IMG/VR virus record: IMGVR_UViG_3300008266_001092
Coordinates: 1 to 25,492 of that record
Strand: one strand, 5' to 3'
DNA from: a virus
Taxonomy: Duplodnaviria; Caudoviricetes
DNA: 25,492 nt
The notes under the pieces were generated by a model. It worked only from the letters and a program-made list of their open reading frames with translations. It made no database searches and was not told where the DNA came from. This document shows, in pieces, positions 1 through 8,168 of the stretch (position 1 is its first letter; every line of letters starts with the position of its first letter). A program made the translations under genes and the position numbers.

Positions 1-2
1 AG

Positions 3-71
3 CCAAAAGACTTACCGCCACCCGCATTGAAATCACCACTTGACTACCTAAAGAAGGTAAGGAGCAAATAA
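3..71 (+). CDS. 3' end of upstream virion-operon gene (partial)
   Basis: Frame 3 reads PKDLPPPALKSPLDYLKKVRSK*; stop abuts ATG at 72 and the coding end contains AAGGAG, the RBS of the next gene. Confidence 0.7.
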   Translation, partial: PKDLPPPALKSPLDYLKKVRSK

Positions 72-1088
72 ATGGCAAGCTTAACCCAAGGCGTAGCGCC
101 ACCAAATGTAACAACAACCCGCGAAACGGCGGCTGTTGCTCCTCAATACCTGACTGACTACCTGACGCAACTTGCTACGCAGGGTCAGCAGACTTTAGGT
201 GTTAAAGATCCAGTCACTGGTGTATACACGCCACCCACTCAAGAACAGCTTAAAACGGCTGGTACGCCCTATGTGGCGCCTCTAAGCCAGCTACAAAAGG
301 ACGTAGCTACTTACGCGCCAGAAGCATTAAAACGTTATCAAACGCCAATGGACGAGGCTTTGGCCGCTGGCCAAGCTGGTGCAGGTATTGATCAGGCTGA
401 CATCTCCAAGTTCTACAACCCCTACGAAAACGCCGTTCTTGGCGACATGGCTAGTAGGAGTGCAACAAACGTCCAACGTAATCTTTTGCCCCAACTTAAA
501 GCTGGATTTGTTGGCACTGGTGGCTTAGGTGGCCGCACCTATGCTAGCGCTTTGGGTCAAACTCTTGGGGACGTAAATACTTCTCTGTTTCAAGAGCAGA
601 ACAAAGCCAAAGCCGCTGGCTATCAGTCAGCTCTTGATGCCGCCTTGCGTGAGATGAGCGGTCAGACACAAGCTGGTCAAATGCTAGGTACTTTAGGTGC
701 TCAGGAACAGCAAGCCGCAACGACTGGTCTAAAGACTGGTGCAGACATTGGCGCTATTGAGCAAGCTCAGAACCAAGCCATCATCAACGCACCAACAACA
801 ATGGCTGGTAACGTCGCTCAGATCCTACGTGGTTATACGTACCCAACCGTGACCACTGAGAAGACAGAAGGCCCCGCTTCGTCCTACGGCCCGTCTATCC
901 TGTCTCAGATTGGTGGTTTAGGTTCATTGGTTGCGGCTGGAACAAACAAAGATCAAACTGGTATTTTGAACCAAGCGTTTAAATATATTGGTGGAGTATT
1001 GCCTGATAGTTCATCTAGTTTTACGCCCGGATCTCAAAGCGTAGATGAAGCCAAGTACTCTGAAGATCTTGGCAACTTTCCCGGCTAA
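72..1088 (+). CDS. putative internal virion / DNA ejection protein
   Basis: 338 aa, Gln/Ala/Gly-rich, 'ISKFYNPYENAV' and 'GFVGTGGLGG' segments typical of podovirus ejection proteins; AAGGAG RBS; upstream of an SLT gene. Confidence 0.65.
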   Translation: MASLTQGVAPPNVTTTRETAAVAPQYLTDYLTQLATQGQQTLGVKDPVTGVYTPPTQEQLKTAGTPYVAPLSQLQKDVATYAPEALKRYQTPMDEALAAGQAGAGIDQADISKFYNPYENAVLGDMASRSATNVQRNLLPQLKAGFVGTGGLGGRTYASALGQTLGDVNTSLFQEQNKAKAAGYQSALDAALREMSGQTQAGQMLGTLGAQEQQAATTGLKTGADIGAIEQAQNQAIINAPTTMAGNVAQILRGYTYPTVTTEKTEGPASSYGPSILSQIGGLGSLVAAGTNKDQTGILNQAFKYIGGVLPDSSSSFTPGSQSVDEAKYSEDLGNFPG

Positions 1089-1096
1089 GGACTAAT

Positions 1097-2836
1097 ATGG
1101 CTACTAAACCACAAGACTTTACAAGTGCACTTGGCGGTGAAGCCATGCAAAAGTATTTGGACGCTCAAAGGCGAGCCAACGAAATTTTTGAAGAGCGTCA
1201 AAATCGTTTAATTGATCCAGTTTACCTTGCTATGGCTCAAGGTTTTTTGGCGCCCACAAAGACTGGATCTTTTGGTGAGTCGTTAGGTAACGTCGCCGCA
1301 ACGGTAGGCCCTGCCCAAGCCGCTGAAGAAAAGCGCAACATGGACATGGCTAGGGTACGTTTGGAGATGGCTCAACAAGGTTTACAGACTGACATTCAGA
1401 CGAAACAAGCTGAGATGAAGCAACGCCTTATCAATGAAGATCTAGGCGTAGATTCACCTTATGCAAAACCGCCTGTAACACCTCAAGTTGCCCCTCAGCC
1501 TGCCCCTCCTGCCGCACCTGCTGGCGCTTTGCCATCTGTTGGTCAACCGCCTGCTCAAGCACCTGTTCAAGCACCTGTTCAAACATCTACTCAAGCACCT
1601 TTGTCTATAGCACAGCCTGCGCCTCCTGTGCCCCAAGCTCCTCAGCAAGCGCCTATAACTCAAGCACCACAGCAACCTGTTGGTACACAGTTGTTCCCTG
1701 CACAGCCAGAAGGCTTTACTGCGCAAGAAAAGTTAGATTACAAACGAGGTTTAGCCGCTGGCAAAGATCCTTATGAGATCCGCAAGGACATCATGGAAAC
1801 TCGTCGCAAAAACATGGTAGTTAACCCAGCAGGCACGGTTGGAGTAAACGTAGCGACTGGTCAGAAGTTTGGTTTTGATCCAACACCGACAGACACTTAC
1901 ATTTACGGGTATGGAAATTATAAAATTCCTGCTACACACGCAACAATGCTTGGTGAAGCTCAACAAGACCCAGACAAATATGCCGCGTTGGCAAAAATGA
2001 TTGTGTTTGGCCCACAAGCCAAGCCTGTTGCACCGTCTACACCCAACGCAACACCTACAGGAGCGGCGCCTGCTGGAGCTCCAGCGCAAAGACCAACCAC
2101 AACGCAATCAGAAGCCGAGGGTGCGCAATCAAGGGCTGAAGCTACAAAGAGAGGTGAGGGTAGGGAAAGTCGAACAAACACAGCGCTTGATGCGGTCAAA
2201 GCCGCTGAGGATACCCGCATCATTGCTCAAAGCGCCAAGGACGTTATCAATCAGCCTAATTCTGAGCTGTTCATGGGTATCTTTGAAAAGCCGAAGATCA
2301 AAACAGCCTTGGCAAAAATGGTGGAGGACACAGTGTTTGCACCTACCAACTTCCGCGAAGCTGTTACATCAATGAACATCGCCTTGAGCGTCCCACGTAA
2401 TCCTGACGAGAGCACCAAGGACTACATGGCGCGTAAGCAAGACGTTATGGATCGCTACATTGAAGCAACCACATTGATGGCTCAAGCCAAGTTCGCGGCG
2501 AGCTTGTTGTCTAAAGGTCAAGGCACGATCACTGACGGTGAGCGTAAGTTGTTTGCTGACACGACAATCAACACAAAGATGTCTGTCAACAGCTTTAACA
2601 AGATCTCTGACATGTTGATCGAGCGTTCTAAGTTTGCTGAGGACTTAGGAAGCAAGCTTGCTCTAAACAGAATGCAGATTGATGACTTTAAGCAAACGCC
2701 TGAGTACAAGAAGATGGCGCGTGAGTATGAAGGTCGTCTAAGCTCAATTCTTCGTGGTGGCAGACCTGCGTCAAGCTCTGGTGGTAGACCAGACCTGAAC
2801 GCGGCGCAAGCAAACATTGAGAGGCAGGTTCAATAA
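1097..2836 (+). CDS. putative internal virion / DNA ejection protein
   Basis: 579 aa, 'AMAQGFLAPTKTGSFGESLG' N-terminus, Pro/Gln/Ala-rich linker, C-terminal 'GQGTITDGERKL'; AAGGA RBS. Confidence 0.65.
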   Translation: MATKPQDFTSALGGEAMQKYLDAQRRANEIFEERQNRLIDPVYLAMAQGFLAPTKTGSFGESLGNVAATVGPAQAAEEKRNMDMARVRLEMAQQGLQTDIQTKQAEMKQRLINEDLGVDSPYAKPPVTPQVAPQPAPPAAPAGALPSVGQPPAQAPVQAPVQTSTQAPLSIAQPAPPVPQAPQQAPITQAPQQPVGTQLFPAQPEGFTAQEKLDYKRGLAAGKDPYEIRKDIMETRRKNMVVNPAGTVGVNVATGQKFGFDPTPTDTYIYGYGNYKIPATHATMLGEAQQDPDKYAALAKMIVFGPQAKPVAPSTPNATPTGAAPAGAPAQRPTTTQSEAEGAQSRAEATKRGEGRESRTNTALDAVKAAEDTRIIAQSAKDVINQPNSELFMGIFEKPKIKTALAKMVEDTVFAPTNFREAVTSMNIALSVPRNPDESTKDYMARKQDVMDRYIEATTLMAQAKFAASLLSKGQGTITDGERKLFADTTINTKMSVNSFNKISDMLIERSKFAEDLGSKLALNRMQIDDFKQTPEYKKMAREYEGRLSSILRGGRPASSSGGRPDLNAAQANIERQVQ

Positions 2837-3462
2837 TGGCTGATCTCAAGCTTAATTTTTTAAATAACAAGCTATCTAAGGAACAGCTTGAAATGGCTCA
2901 GAAGGTGGCTAAAGCCGCCGCCGCCATGGGTATTGATCCTTCGTTCGCCGTTTCGATTGCTTTCAAGGAAGGTAGCCTCAACCCCGACACCATTGATCAC
3001 CCCAAATCAGGCGCAATTGGGATGATGCAAATCCTGCCAGATACTGGTAAGGCTTATGGCTACTCTGAAGCAGATCTTCGCAAGCCTGAAATCAATCTTA
3101 TTGCTGGACTCAAGAACCTCAAAGAGTCTTTGGCTTACGCAAACAACAAACCAATGTTAGCGGCTGTGTACTACCACAGCGGCCCTGACGCCATTAAAGA
3201 TCAAGCCGCTGGCAAGGACTTAGGCCCTAATGCATTGGCGTATATTAAAAAACTCAAAGAGTACGGCACGTTTGACGCCTTCAACCCCGACTTTAAAGCT
3301 CCAACGGAATCTGAAGCCCCTAGCGCTCCTGCCGCACAGCCAGAGCCTTCTGCGCCACCCCCACCTTCTGGAATGGCTGGTGTGACCATGCCAACTACAG
3401 CTCAGGACTTCATTAGAGCTGACTCTGAGGCGGATCTAAAGCGGAACCATGCGCGCCTTTGA
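2836..3462 (+). CDS. SLT-family lytic transglycosylase virion protein (possibly N-terminal fragment of a split gene)
   Basis: SLT motifs: IAFKEG (catalytic Glu), GAIGMMQILPDT, NLIAGLKNL, AAVYYHSGP; TAATG coupling to the previous gene. Confidence 0.85.
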   Translation: MADLKLNFLNNKLSKEQLEMAQKVAKAAAAMGIDPSFAVSIAFKEGSLNPDTIDHPKSGAIGMMQILPDTGKAYGYSEADLRKPEINLIAGLKNLKESLAYANNKPMLAAVYYHSGPDAIKDQAAGKDLGPNALAYIKKLKEYGTFDAFNPDFKAPTESEAPSAPAAQPEPSAPPPPSGMAGVTMPTTAQDFIRADSEADLKRNHARL

Positions 3463-4351
3463 TATGGCTAGAAATCCACAGAAAGCCCCTACAGGCGGTT
3501 TGCCGACGGGTGGAGCACCTACTCCCCCACCAGCTCCCCCAAGCGCTCCTACAGGCGGTTTGCCCAGCTTACAAGGTCAACCAGTACCTTCTGTTGTTCG
3601 TCAGGCGCCTGCTACTGGCTATGGTACGTACAACTACGGCGTCTCCCAAGGCTTGACTGACATTGAGTCTGGTTTGGCAAAGGACATGACTAAGCAGGCT
3701 GGTGGTGTTCACGACCTGCTGACACAGCGTCGTGAAGCTTTGAACAGGCTTCAAGGCATGGGTGCTAACGACTTTGTAGAGAACCCACGGTTTGGCGGGA
3801 TCATGACGCAGGCGCCTAGCGTGGGCGGTGGCGTTAGGGTAGACCCAGCAACTGGTGTTCCCCAATCTTTTGCCATGCGAGTACCAGAAGCTGGTCAGCC
3901 TGCTCAACTTGCACCTATTCCTAAAGCACCAATCATCCCTACAGTTCCACCCCCACTCTCGGGCTTAGATCAGGTGAAAAACATGTTTACTGGAATGATG
4001 AGACAGAGCATGAGGTACTTGCCAGTGGTTGGGCCCCCTTTGGCTGGCTTGAGTATCGGACGTGACTTGGCTGACATCGAGACTCAGTTTGATCGACCCC
4101 TCAAGGAGCGCGACTACACTGACATTGGTTTATCCACCGCTGGCATTTTGGCTACTGGTGCTTCACTGTATCCGCCTACTTTCCCTGTGGCGGCTCCTTT
4201 GAGCATCGGCATACCTGCTTTCCGTGGCATTCGCAGGAACATCTTGGCTCAAGAGTCAGACCCTGCTGTTCAGGCATTTATTCAGTCAGAGCCAACCGCA
4301 AGAGAATTAGAAGAAGCAAGTCGCCCATCTTTCAGGTATGCTAGACCTTGA
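3449..4351 (+). CDS. Pro/Gly-rich virion protein, probably the continuation of the SLT protein in the +1 frame
   Basis: 300-aa ORF overlapping the SLT ORF by 14 nt, weak RBS, same composition as the SLT tail, hydrophobic C-terminal segments. Confidence 0.6.
   Translation: MRAFDMARNPQKAPTGGLPTGGAPTPPPAPPSAPTGGLPSLQGQPVPSVVRQAPATGYGTYNYGVSQGLTDIESGLAKDMTKQAGGVHDLLTQRREALNRLQGMGANDFVENPRFGGIMTQAPSVGGGVRVDPATGVPQSFAMRVPEAGQPAQLAPIPKAPIIPTVPPPLSGLDQVKNMFTGMMRQSMRYLPVVGPPLAGLSIGRDLADIETQFDRPLKERDYTDIGLSTAGILATGASLYPPTFPVAAPLSIGIPAFRGIRRNILAQESDPAVQAFIQSEPTARELEEASRPSFRYARP
3488..3564 (+). repeat. 17-bp direct repeat CCTACAGGCGGTTTGCC (PTGGLP x2)
   Basis: Identical copies at 3488-3504 and 3548-3564. 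Confidence 0.85.
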
Positions 4352-4397
4352 TAGAATTGCCATACAAGTGACTTTTCGAGCAGTTGCCACTTGTTTT

Positions 4398-4426
4398 AGC
4401 CCCCCCGTATAAGGGGGCTTTTTTTT
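4398..4426 (+). terminator. rho-independent terminator of the virion operon
   Basis: AGCCCCC...GGGGGCT stem followed by a T run, between convergent genes. Confidence 0.85.
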
Positions 4427-4655
4427 ACTCATCAAGTTCCTGCTCGAAGCGTTTAGCGTCCACTAAGTCGTCAAACTCGTGGCAGTCTTTGCGGTCTCTA
4501 GGGTTTTCGTTAAACTGTGTTTTAGCAAAGTCCCTAACAACGTAGTAGCGCTGAGCGTCTTCTGCCCACACCTTGATCTGATCAAGAAAGACTGGAAGCT
4601 GTGAAGACTTCCAATCCTCGCCAAACAGCTCGTTGATGAACTGTTTAGGTGTCAT
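4425..4655 (-). CDS. hypothetical protein
   Basis: 76 aa, ATGA overlap with the upstream ORF. Confidence 0.7.
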   Translation of the reverse strand: MTPKQFINELFGEDWKSSQLPVFLDQIKVWAEDAQRYYVVRDFAKTQFNENPRDRKDCHEFDDLVDAKRFEQELDE

Positions 4656-4879
4656 AGGTTTTCTCGATATTCACCAAGAGCGCGAGCTACGTTGGTGTTC
4701 AGCGAGTTAACGAACTTGATGCACATATCACGCTCGGTTTTAACGATAGCAGGCACAGCCGCCATGATGAAGCCGTCAGCCAGCTTTTGAAGGTCTTCTT
4801 CAAGGAAGTCGTAGTTCTCCTCAAGGTAGATCTTGCGGAAGGCTTCTTTGATTTCGTCTAGGTTTAGGTAGGGGTTCAT
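4652..4879 (-). CDS. hypothetical protein
   Basis: 75 aa, ATGA overlaps on both sides. Confidence 0.7.
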   Translation of the reverse strand: MNPYLNLDEIKEAFRKIYLEENYDFLEEDLQKLADGFIMAAVPAIVKTERDMCIKFVNSLNTNVARALGEYRENL

Positions 4880-5637
4880 GTGTGTTTATTTTTAGCTTGC
4901 CAGTATTTGAGGAGGTGATAGAACATCTCCTCCCCGCGTTCGAGGTCTTCTTGAGACCATTCTTTGATGACCACGAGACCGGGCTCCGTGACCGACACAA
5001 AGACATTTGCGCATCTCGCGTATGGAAGATCTAACCCCAAGCGATAGGCGGCTAATTGCATAAGGTGCTCGTCATACACGTCTACCTTCTCTGGGTCTGT
5101 GAACTCCTTTGTTTTAAAGTCAATCACAATCCCATCGCCGTCTTCGGTGTGTAGGTCTAGCTTTCCACCAAAGCCCAGATCATTGGCAAAGGACTTCTCA
5201 GCAACCCATGTAGGTTCACCAAAGTGCTTCTTAACCTCTTCACCCACGCCAAGCTGATAATCAGCCATATTGGCGATCATTACGCCCTCGTACCAACTCT
5301 CCAAAGCTGTGTGAACCTCTGTGCCCCTTTGAGCGGCGGCACGAGCGTGTTCTCTTGAGTCTTTGATGACTCGTTGGACGTACAGCTCTTCAGCCTCGTC
5401 TGGCGCCCTTGGAAGGGTCATGGCGGCGAGCATCATTTGATTGAGCTTCCACGCCTCGAGGCCGGGCTTTGCGGCACACCCAATGATCGTCGTAACCGAC
5501 GGCACAAGGTTTAGCTTGCGCGCATCAGCCAGTGTAGTGTTACGTGGTTGTCCGTTCTTGGCTTCCACGGTGTATTTTGGTTGCCCATCTCGGGTGTACC
5601 AATGTGAGCTTTCGCTCGCTCTTACGGTAATGCTCAT
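4876..5637 (-). CDS. PD-(D/E)XK exonuclease (RecB/Cas4-like phage nuclease)
   Basis: PSVTTII, RGTEVH, GGKLDL, IVIDFKT, QLAAY motifs; start placed at ATG 5637 (GAGG RBS, ATGA overlap). Confidence 0.85.
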   Translation of the reverse strand: MSITVRASESSHWYTRDGQPKYTVEAKNGQPRNTTLADARKLNLVPSVTTIIGCAAKPGLEAWKLNQMMLAAMTLPRAPDEAEELYVQRVIKDSREHARAAAQRGTEVHTALESWYEGVMIANMADYQLGVGEEVKKHFGEPTWVAEKSFANDLGFGGKLDLHTEDGDGIVIDFKTKEFTDPEKVDVYDEHLMQLAAYRLGLDLPYARCANVFVSVTEPGLVVIKEWSQEDLERGEEMFYHLLKYWQAKNKHT

Positions 5638-5828
5638 TTGACAGACCTCAGTTTGTTTGGAAAGCATTCTTCAAGGGTAAGTTGATATTCTTTTTCCAAA
5701 CCGTGTAGCCAGTCTTGAAGCAGGTCAGCACGAAGCATCATGTCGTGCTTACGCCACTCTTCTAAGTTTCCAATCTCACCTGATCCTTCAGACCAGTTTG
5801 CTTTTAACGTGGGTTTTGCAGTGCTCAT
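5634..5828 (-). CDS. hypothetical protein
   Basis: 64 aa from ATG 5828 (AAGGA RBS), ATGA overlap with the downstream nuclease. Confidence 0.65.
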   Translation of the reverse strand: MSTAKPTLKANWSEGSGEIGNLEEWRKHDMMLRADLLQDWLHGLEKEYQLTLEECFPNKLRSVK

Positions 5829-6181
5829 TTTGTTTCCTTTAATTTCCACTTTACTTTTGGTGATCCATTAGATGATTTGGCTATGCCATAACCGCAAGAG
5901 ACAACAAGCTGTTCTCGCTTTGCGGTTCGGATAATATGCCCCCAAGCCCTACTATCTGGCGGAGGCTCAAGACCGTATAACTCAGCGTAAGCTCGTGCTT
6001 CTTCAACTAAGAATCCATATGGGTTTGACTGAGCAAACTGCATCAAGAAGTTATGTGCCCTTGTTGACCAGTCGCCCAGTTCCCTATCGGCTCGATCTGA
6101 CGAGAGCCTAGCCATTTCATGACCCTTGCTCTCATAAAAACCGAACATGTCAGCCGTTGAGTTGTCTGTAGGGTATTTCAT
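5825..6181 (-). CDS. hypothetical protein, possible winged-helix
   Basis: 118 aa, 'PPDSRAWG..I..AKRE.LV..CGY' pattern; operon packing. Confidence 0.65.
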   Translation of the reverse strand: MKYPTDNSTADMFGFYESKGHEMARLSSDRADRELGDWSTRAHNFLMQFAQSNPYGFLVEEARAYAELYGLEPPPDSRAWGHIIRTAKREQLVVSCGYGIAKSSNGSPKVKWKLKETK

Positions 6182-6183
6182 GA

Positions 6184-6840
6184 TCAGAAGGGCAAATCGT
6201 CTTCCATGTCGTCAAAGCCGCTAGAAGGGGCTTTATCGGGCTTTGGAGCGGTTTTTCTGCCTTGGACAGCCTGCCACTCAGGTGAGTCCTCAATCATCGC
6301 CTTAAGGCCCTTTCCGAAGGTTTCAAACAACTCAAGATCAGGTTCTGCGATACGGAACACTTGGTTGGGGTTGATGGCCGGCGGAAGTCCAGCTTGTTTG
6401 ATGACCGAAGGAACAGGAGCTACGCCCTTGACATTGGAGTACATCTTGCCGTTTTTGCCGGGTCTTGGGATCACCGTCAACATGCACCAAGCTCCGAGGA
6501 TGCTCTGGATGTCAAAGCGTCTCATCTCCGTGTCTGTGAATGGCTTGTTACGCCAATTCTGTAAGTCGATCCGCAAGTTAGCCTTTTCTGACCAACTCAG
6601 CGTGTAGTTCTTGAAGATCGCTAATGGGTCACCGCGCTCAGTGACGAGCTCGTTCCCTTCGTCGTCTTTGCCGTGGAGTTCCCAACCAAGCATGATCTTG
6701 CGTTGATGCTTCTCTTGACCTTCGTACTCAGAACGCTGGGTTCCTAAGTCGATGATGCGATAGCAACGTGCAAGATGAAGACCTGCTGGCACGGGTTTAA
6801 AGTCGCCTGCTGGCGCTGTGTTTTCTACAAAAAAGCTCAT
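6184..6840 (-). CDS. SSB-like / OB-fold ssDNA-binding protein
   Basis: 'DFKPVPAGLHLARC..IIDLGTQ' N-terminus and acidic SSB-type tail 'FDDMEDDLPF'; near the exonuclease. Confidence 0.7.
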   Translation of the reverse strand: MSFFVENTAPAGDFKPVPAGLHLARCYRIIDLGTQRSEYEGQEKHQRKIMLGWELHGKDDEGNELVTERGDPLAIFKNYTLSWSEKANLRIDLQNWRNKPFTDTEMRRFDIQSILGAWCMLTVIPRPGKNGKMYSNVKGVAPVPSVIKQAGLPPAINPNQVFRIAEPDLELFETFGKGLKAMIEDSPEWQAVQGRKTAPKPDKAPSSGFDDMEDDLPF

Positions 6841-7001
6841 GATTTTTCCTTAAAAATGTCGTTAAATTGGCTAGTAAACTGATTGATAAACTGGTTTAGT
6901 TTTGGGTCTGTTTTGGTTGCTTCCTCAAGTAAATATTTTTCGTATTCCTGCTGTAACACAGGGTCTTTTTTCCATTCCTCGTACTCTTTGTGTGTTGCCA
7001 T
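6837..7001 (-). CDS. small hypothetical protein (54 aa, not in ORF track)
   Basis: MATHKEYEEWKKDPVLQQEYEKYL...KEKS*; GAGGA RBS; ATGA overlap with the SSB-like gene. Confidence 0.7.
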   Translation of the reverse strand: MATHKEYEEWKKDPVLQQEYEKYLLEEATKTDPKLNQFINQFTSQFNDIFKEKS

Positions 7002-7009
7002 GGTGATCC

Positions 7010-7219
7010 TCACTTATCTGATCCAAAAAAGAATGCCATTCCGATTTCGTCAGGGATCCTAGCCCCGCCGCTGTATATGTGGTTGATGTCCACGTTTTCG
7101 TTCATGCCATCAGCGATGCCCATGAAGTAGTGAAGGTTCTCTGTGTGCCAATCAAGCACCATGAGAATGCCGATGCGACCTTTGCTGGTGTCAAACCATA
7201 GGACGTCTTGTAAGTTCAT
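7010..7219 (-). CDS. hypothetical protein
   Basis: 69 aa, GAGGA RBS, ATGA overlap. Confidence 0.65.
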   Translation of the reverse strand: MNLQDVLWFDTSKGRIGILMVLDWHTENLHYFMGIADGMNENVDINHIYSGGARIPDEIGMAFFFGSDK

Positions 7220-7413
7220 TCTTCGTCCTCTGGATATTCTTCTGGGTCTTCGCGATCTTCGTCTGTTTCAATCGCCGTGTTTTGAGCCTCTTGCTCACGT
7301 ACAGCTTTGTTGCGCTCTTCGAGCTCTTTCCACTCTTGGGGCGTACGCTTAGGGTTGATAAAGCCTTCAGGGCTTTCGGCTTCAAGTTCAGCCATAGTTT
7401 TGTGGGTCTTCAT
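7216..7413 (-). CDS. small acidic hypothetical protein
   Basis: MKTHKTMAEL... from ATG 7413, GGAG RBS, acidic tail. Confidence 0.65.
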   Translation of the reverse strand: MKTHKTMAELEAESPEGFINPKRTPQEWKELEERNKAVREQEAQNTAIETDEDREDPEEYPEDEE

Positions 7414-7508
7414 GGTCTCCAAATAAAAACGTCAAGGGCTAAAATCACTGCGCCGATGGCAAACAGGATCACGTTGATGCGCATGGTGCGGAATTCTTTG
7501 TCGTTCAT
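7410..7508 (-). CDS. 32-aa single-TM peptide (not in ORF track)
   Basis: MNDKEFRTMRINVILFAIGAVILALDVFIWRP*; GGAGG RBS; ATGA overlap. Confidence 0.65.
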   Translation of the reverse strand: MNDKEFRTMRINVILFAIGAVILALDVFIWRP

Positions 7509-7509
7509 G

Positions 7510-7728
7510 TCAAACCTCCCACACAACTAATGCGGTGTACAGGGCAACAAGAAACAAAGCGTAGGCAACCCAAGTTGCAATTCGGCGCTGAGAGAACTCA
7601 GGCTCAATGTTGAGTAAAGCCATTTGCAGAAGCTCTGCGTCATGACTCATGTCGTTGCGTTTGGGAGGGGTGTAGCGACACCCAATCTGAAGACCAGACT
7701 TGGTCGTGTAGGGAAGTTGTTTATCCAT
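7510..7728 (-). CDS. small protein with C-terminal TM helix, first gene of the leftward operon
   Basis: MDKQLPYTTKSGLQIG...; TAAGGAG RBS before ATG 7728. Confidence 0.7.
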   Translation of the reverse strand: MDKQLPYTTKSGLQIGCRYTPPKRNDMSHDAELLQMALLNIEPEFSQRRIATWVAYALFLVALYTALVVWEV

Positions 7729-7763
7729 TGATTTCTCCTTAACCGCCGTATCGGCGTACGCGA

Positions 7764-7791
7764 ATCTTAACACGGTGTTAAAAGCAGTCAA
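7764..7791 (-). promoter_or_regulatory. leftward sigma70 promoter overlapped by a palindromic operator
   Basis: TTGACT-16-TAAGAT with extended TG; TTAAC-ACGGT-GTTAA at 7767-7781. Confidence 0.7.
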
Positions 7792-7821
7792 CACAATCCC
7801 GACTAAATTGTGTGGTTTCTT

Positions 7822-7844
7822 TTAATTTAAAGTTAATGTATACT
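7822..7844 (+). promoter_or_regulatory. rightward promoter (-10 TATACT) with operator TTAAT-N5-GTTAA
   Basis: TATACT at 7839-7844; operator-like site at 7822-7836; -35 weak. Confidence 0.55.
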
Positions 7845-7865
7845 TGTCGCCAAGGAAGAACAAAA

Positions 7866-8069
7866 ATGAAATTGCGTGAGTATTTTGAGACGGAACCGCT
7901 AGGCGCCAGAGGAGAGATGGCGGCGCATCTTGGCATCAGTTTGACATGGATGTCACTGTTGATCCACGAGCGCAGAACTGCTTCTGCCGCGTTAGCTGTT
8001 AAGATTGAAAAAGCAACACAAGGACTGGTCACAAGAAAAGACTTGCGTCCAGATTTGTTTTTCGTGTAA
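7866..8069 (+). CDS. Cro/YdaS-like HTH transcriptional regulator
   Basis: 67 aa, 'MAAHLGISLTWMS', 'IEKATQGLVTRKDLRPD' signature; position before the replication gene. Confidence 0.85.
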   Translation: MKLREYFETEPLGARGEMAAHLGISLTWMSLLIHERRTASAALAVKIEKATQGLVTRKDLRPDLFFV

Positions 8070-8074
8070 AGTTT

Positions 8075-8141
8075 GAGGCACGGCTAGGTAGGGCTTGATC
8101 ACCCTGCCGAAAAGCGTTCCATCCCCGCCTGCCGCTGTTTC
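8075..8141 (+). ncRNA. putative cis-regulatory three-stem RNA in the replication gene leader
   Basis: Outer stem GAGGCACGGC/GCCGCTGTTTC, hairpins GGTAGGG/CCCTGCC and GCG/CGC, GAAAA junction; loop CATCCC complementary to downstream GGGATG. Confidence 0.55.
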
Positions 8142-8168
8142 TTTTTGGGATGTGTTATTGGGATCGGT

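Noticed and set aside
1545-1600. Imperfect 12-bp tandem repeats (CCTGTTCAAGCA)
   Set aside because: Encode an ordinary Pro/Gln/Ala linker.
1454-2817. Antisense and alternate-frame ORFs within the ejection genes
   Set aside because: Shadows of low-complexity coding sequence; no RBS or recognisable motifs.
4876-5637. Nuclease as a CRISPR Cas4
   Set aside because: No four-Cys Fe-S set or array; typical phage recombination-module context.
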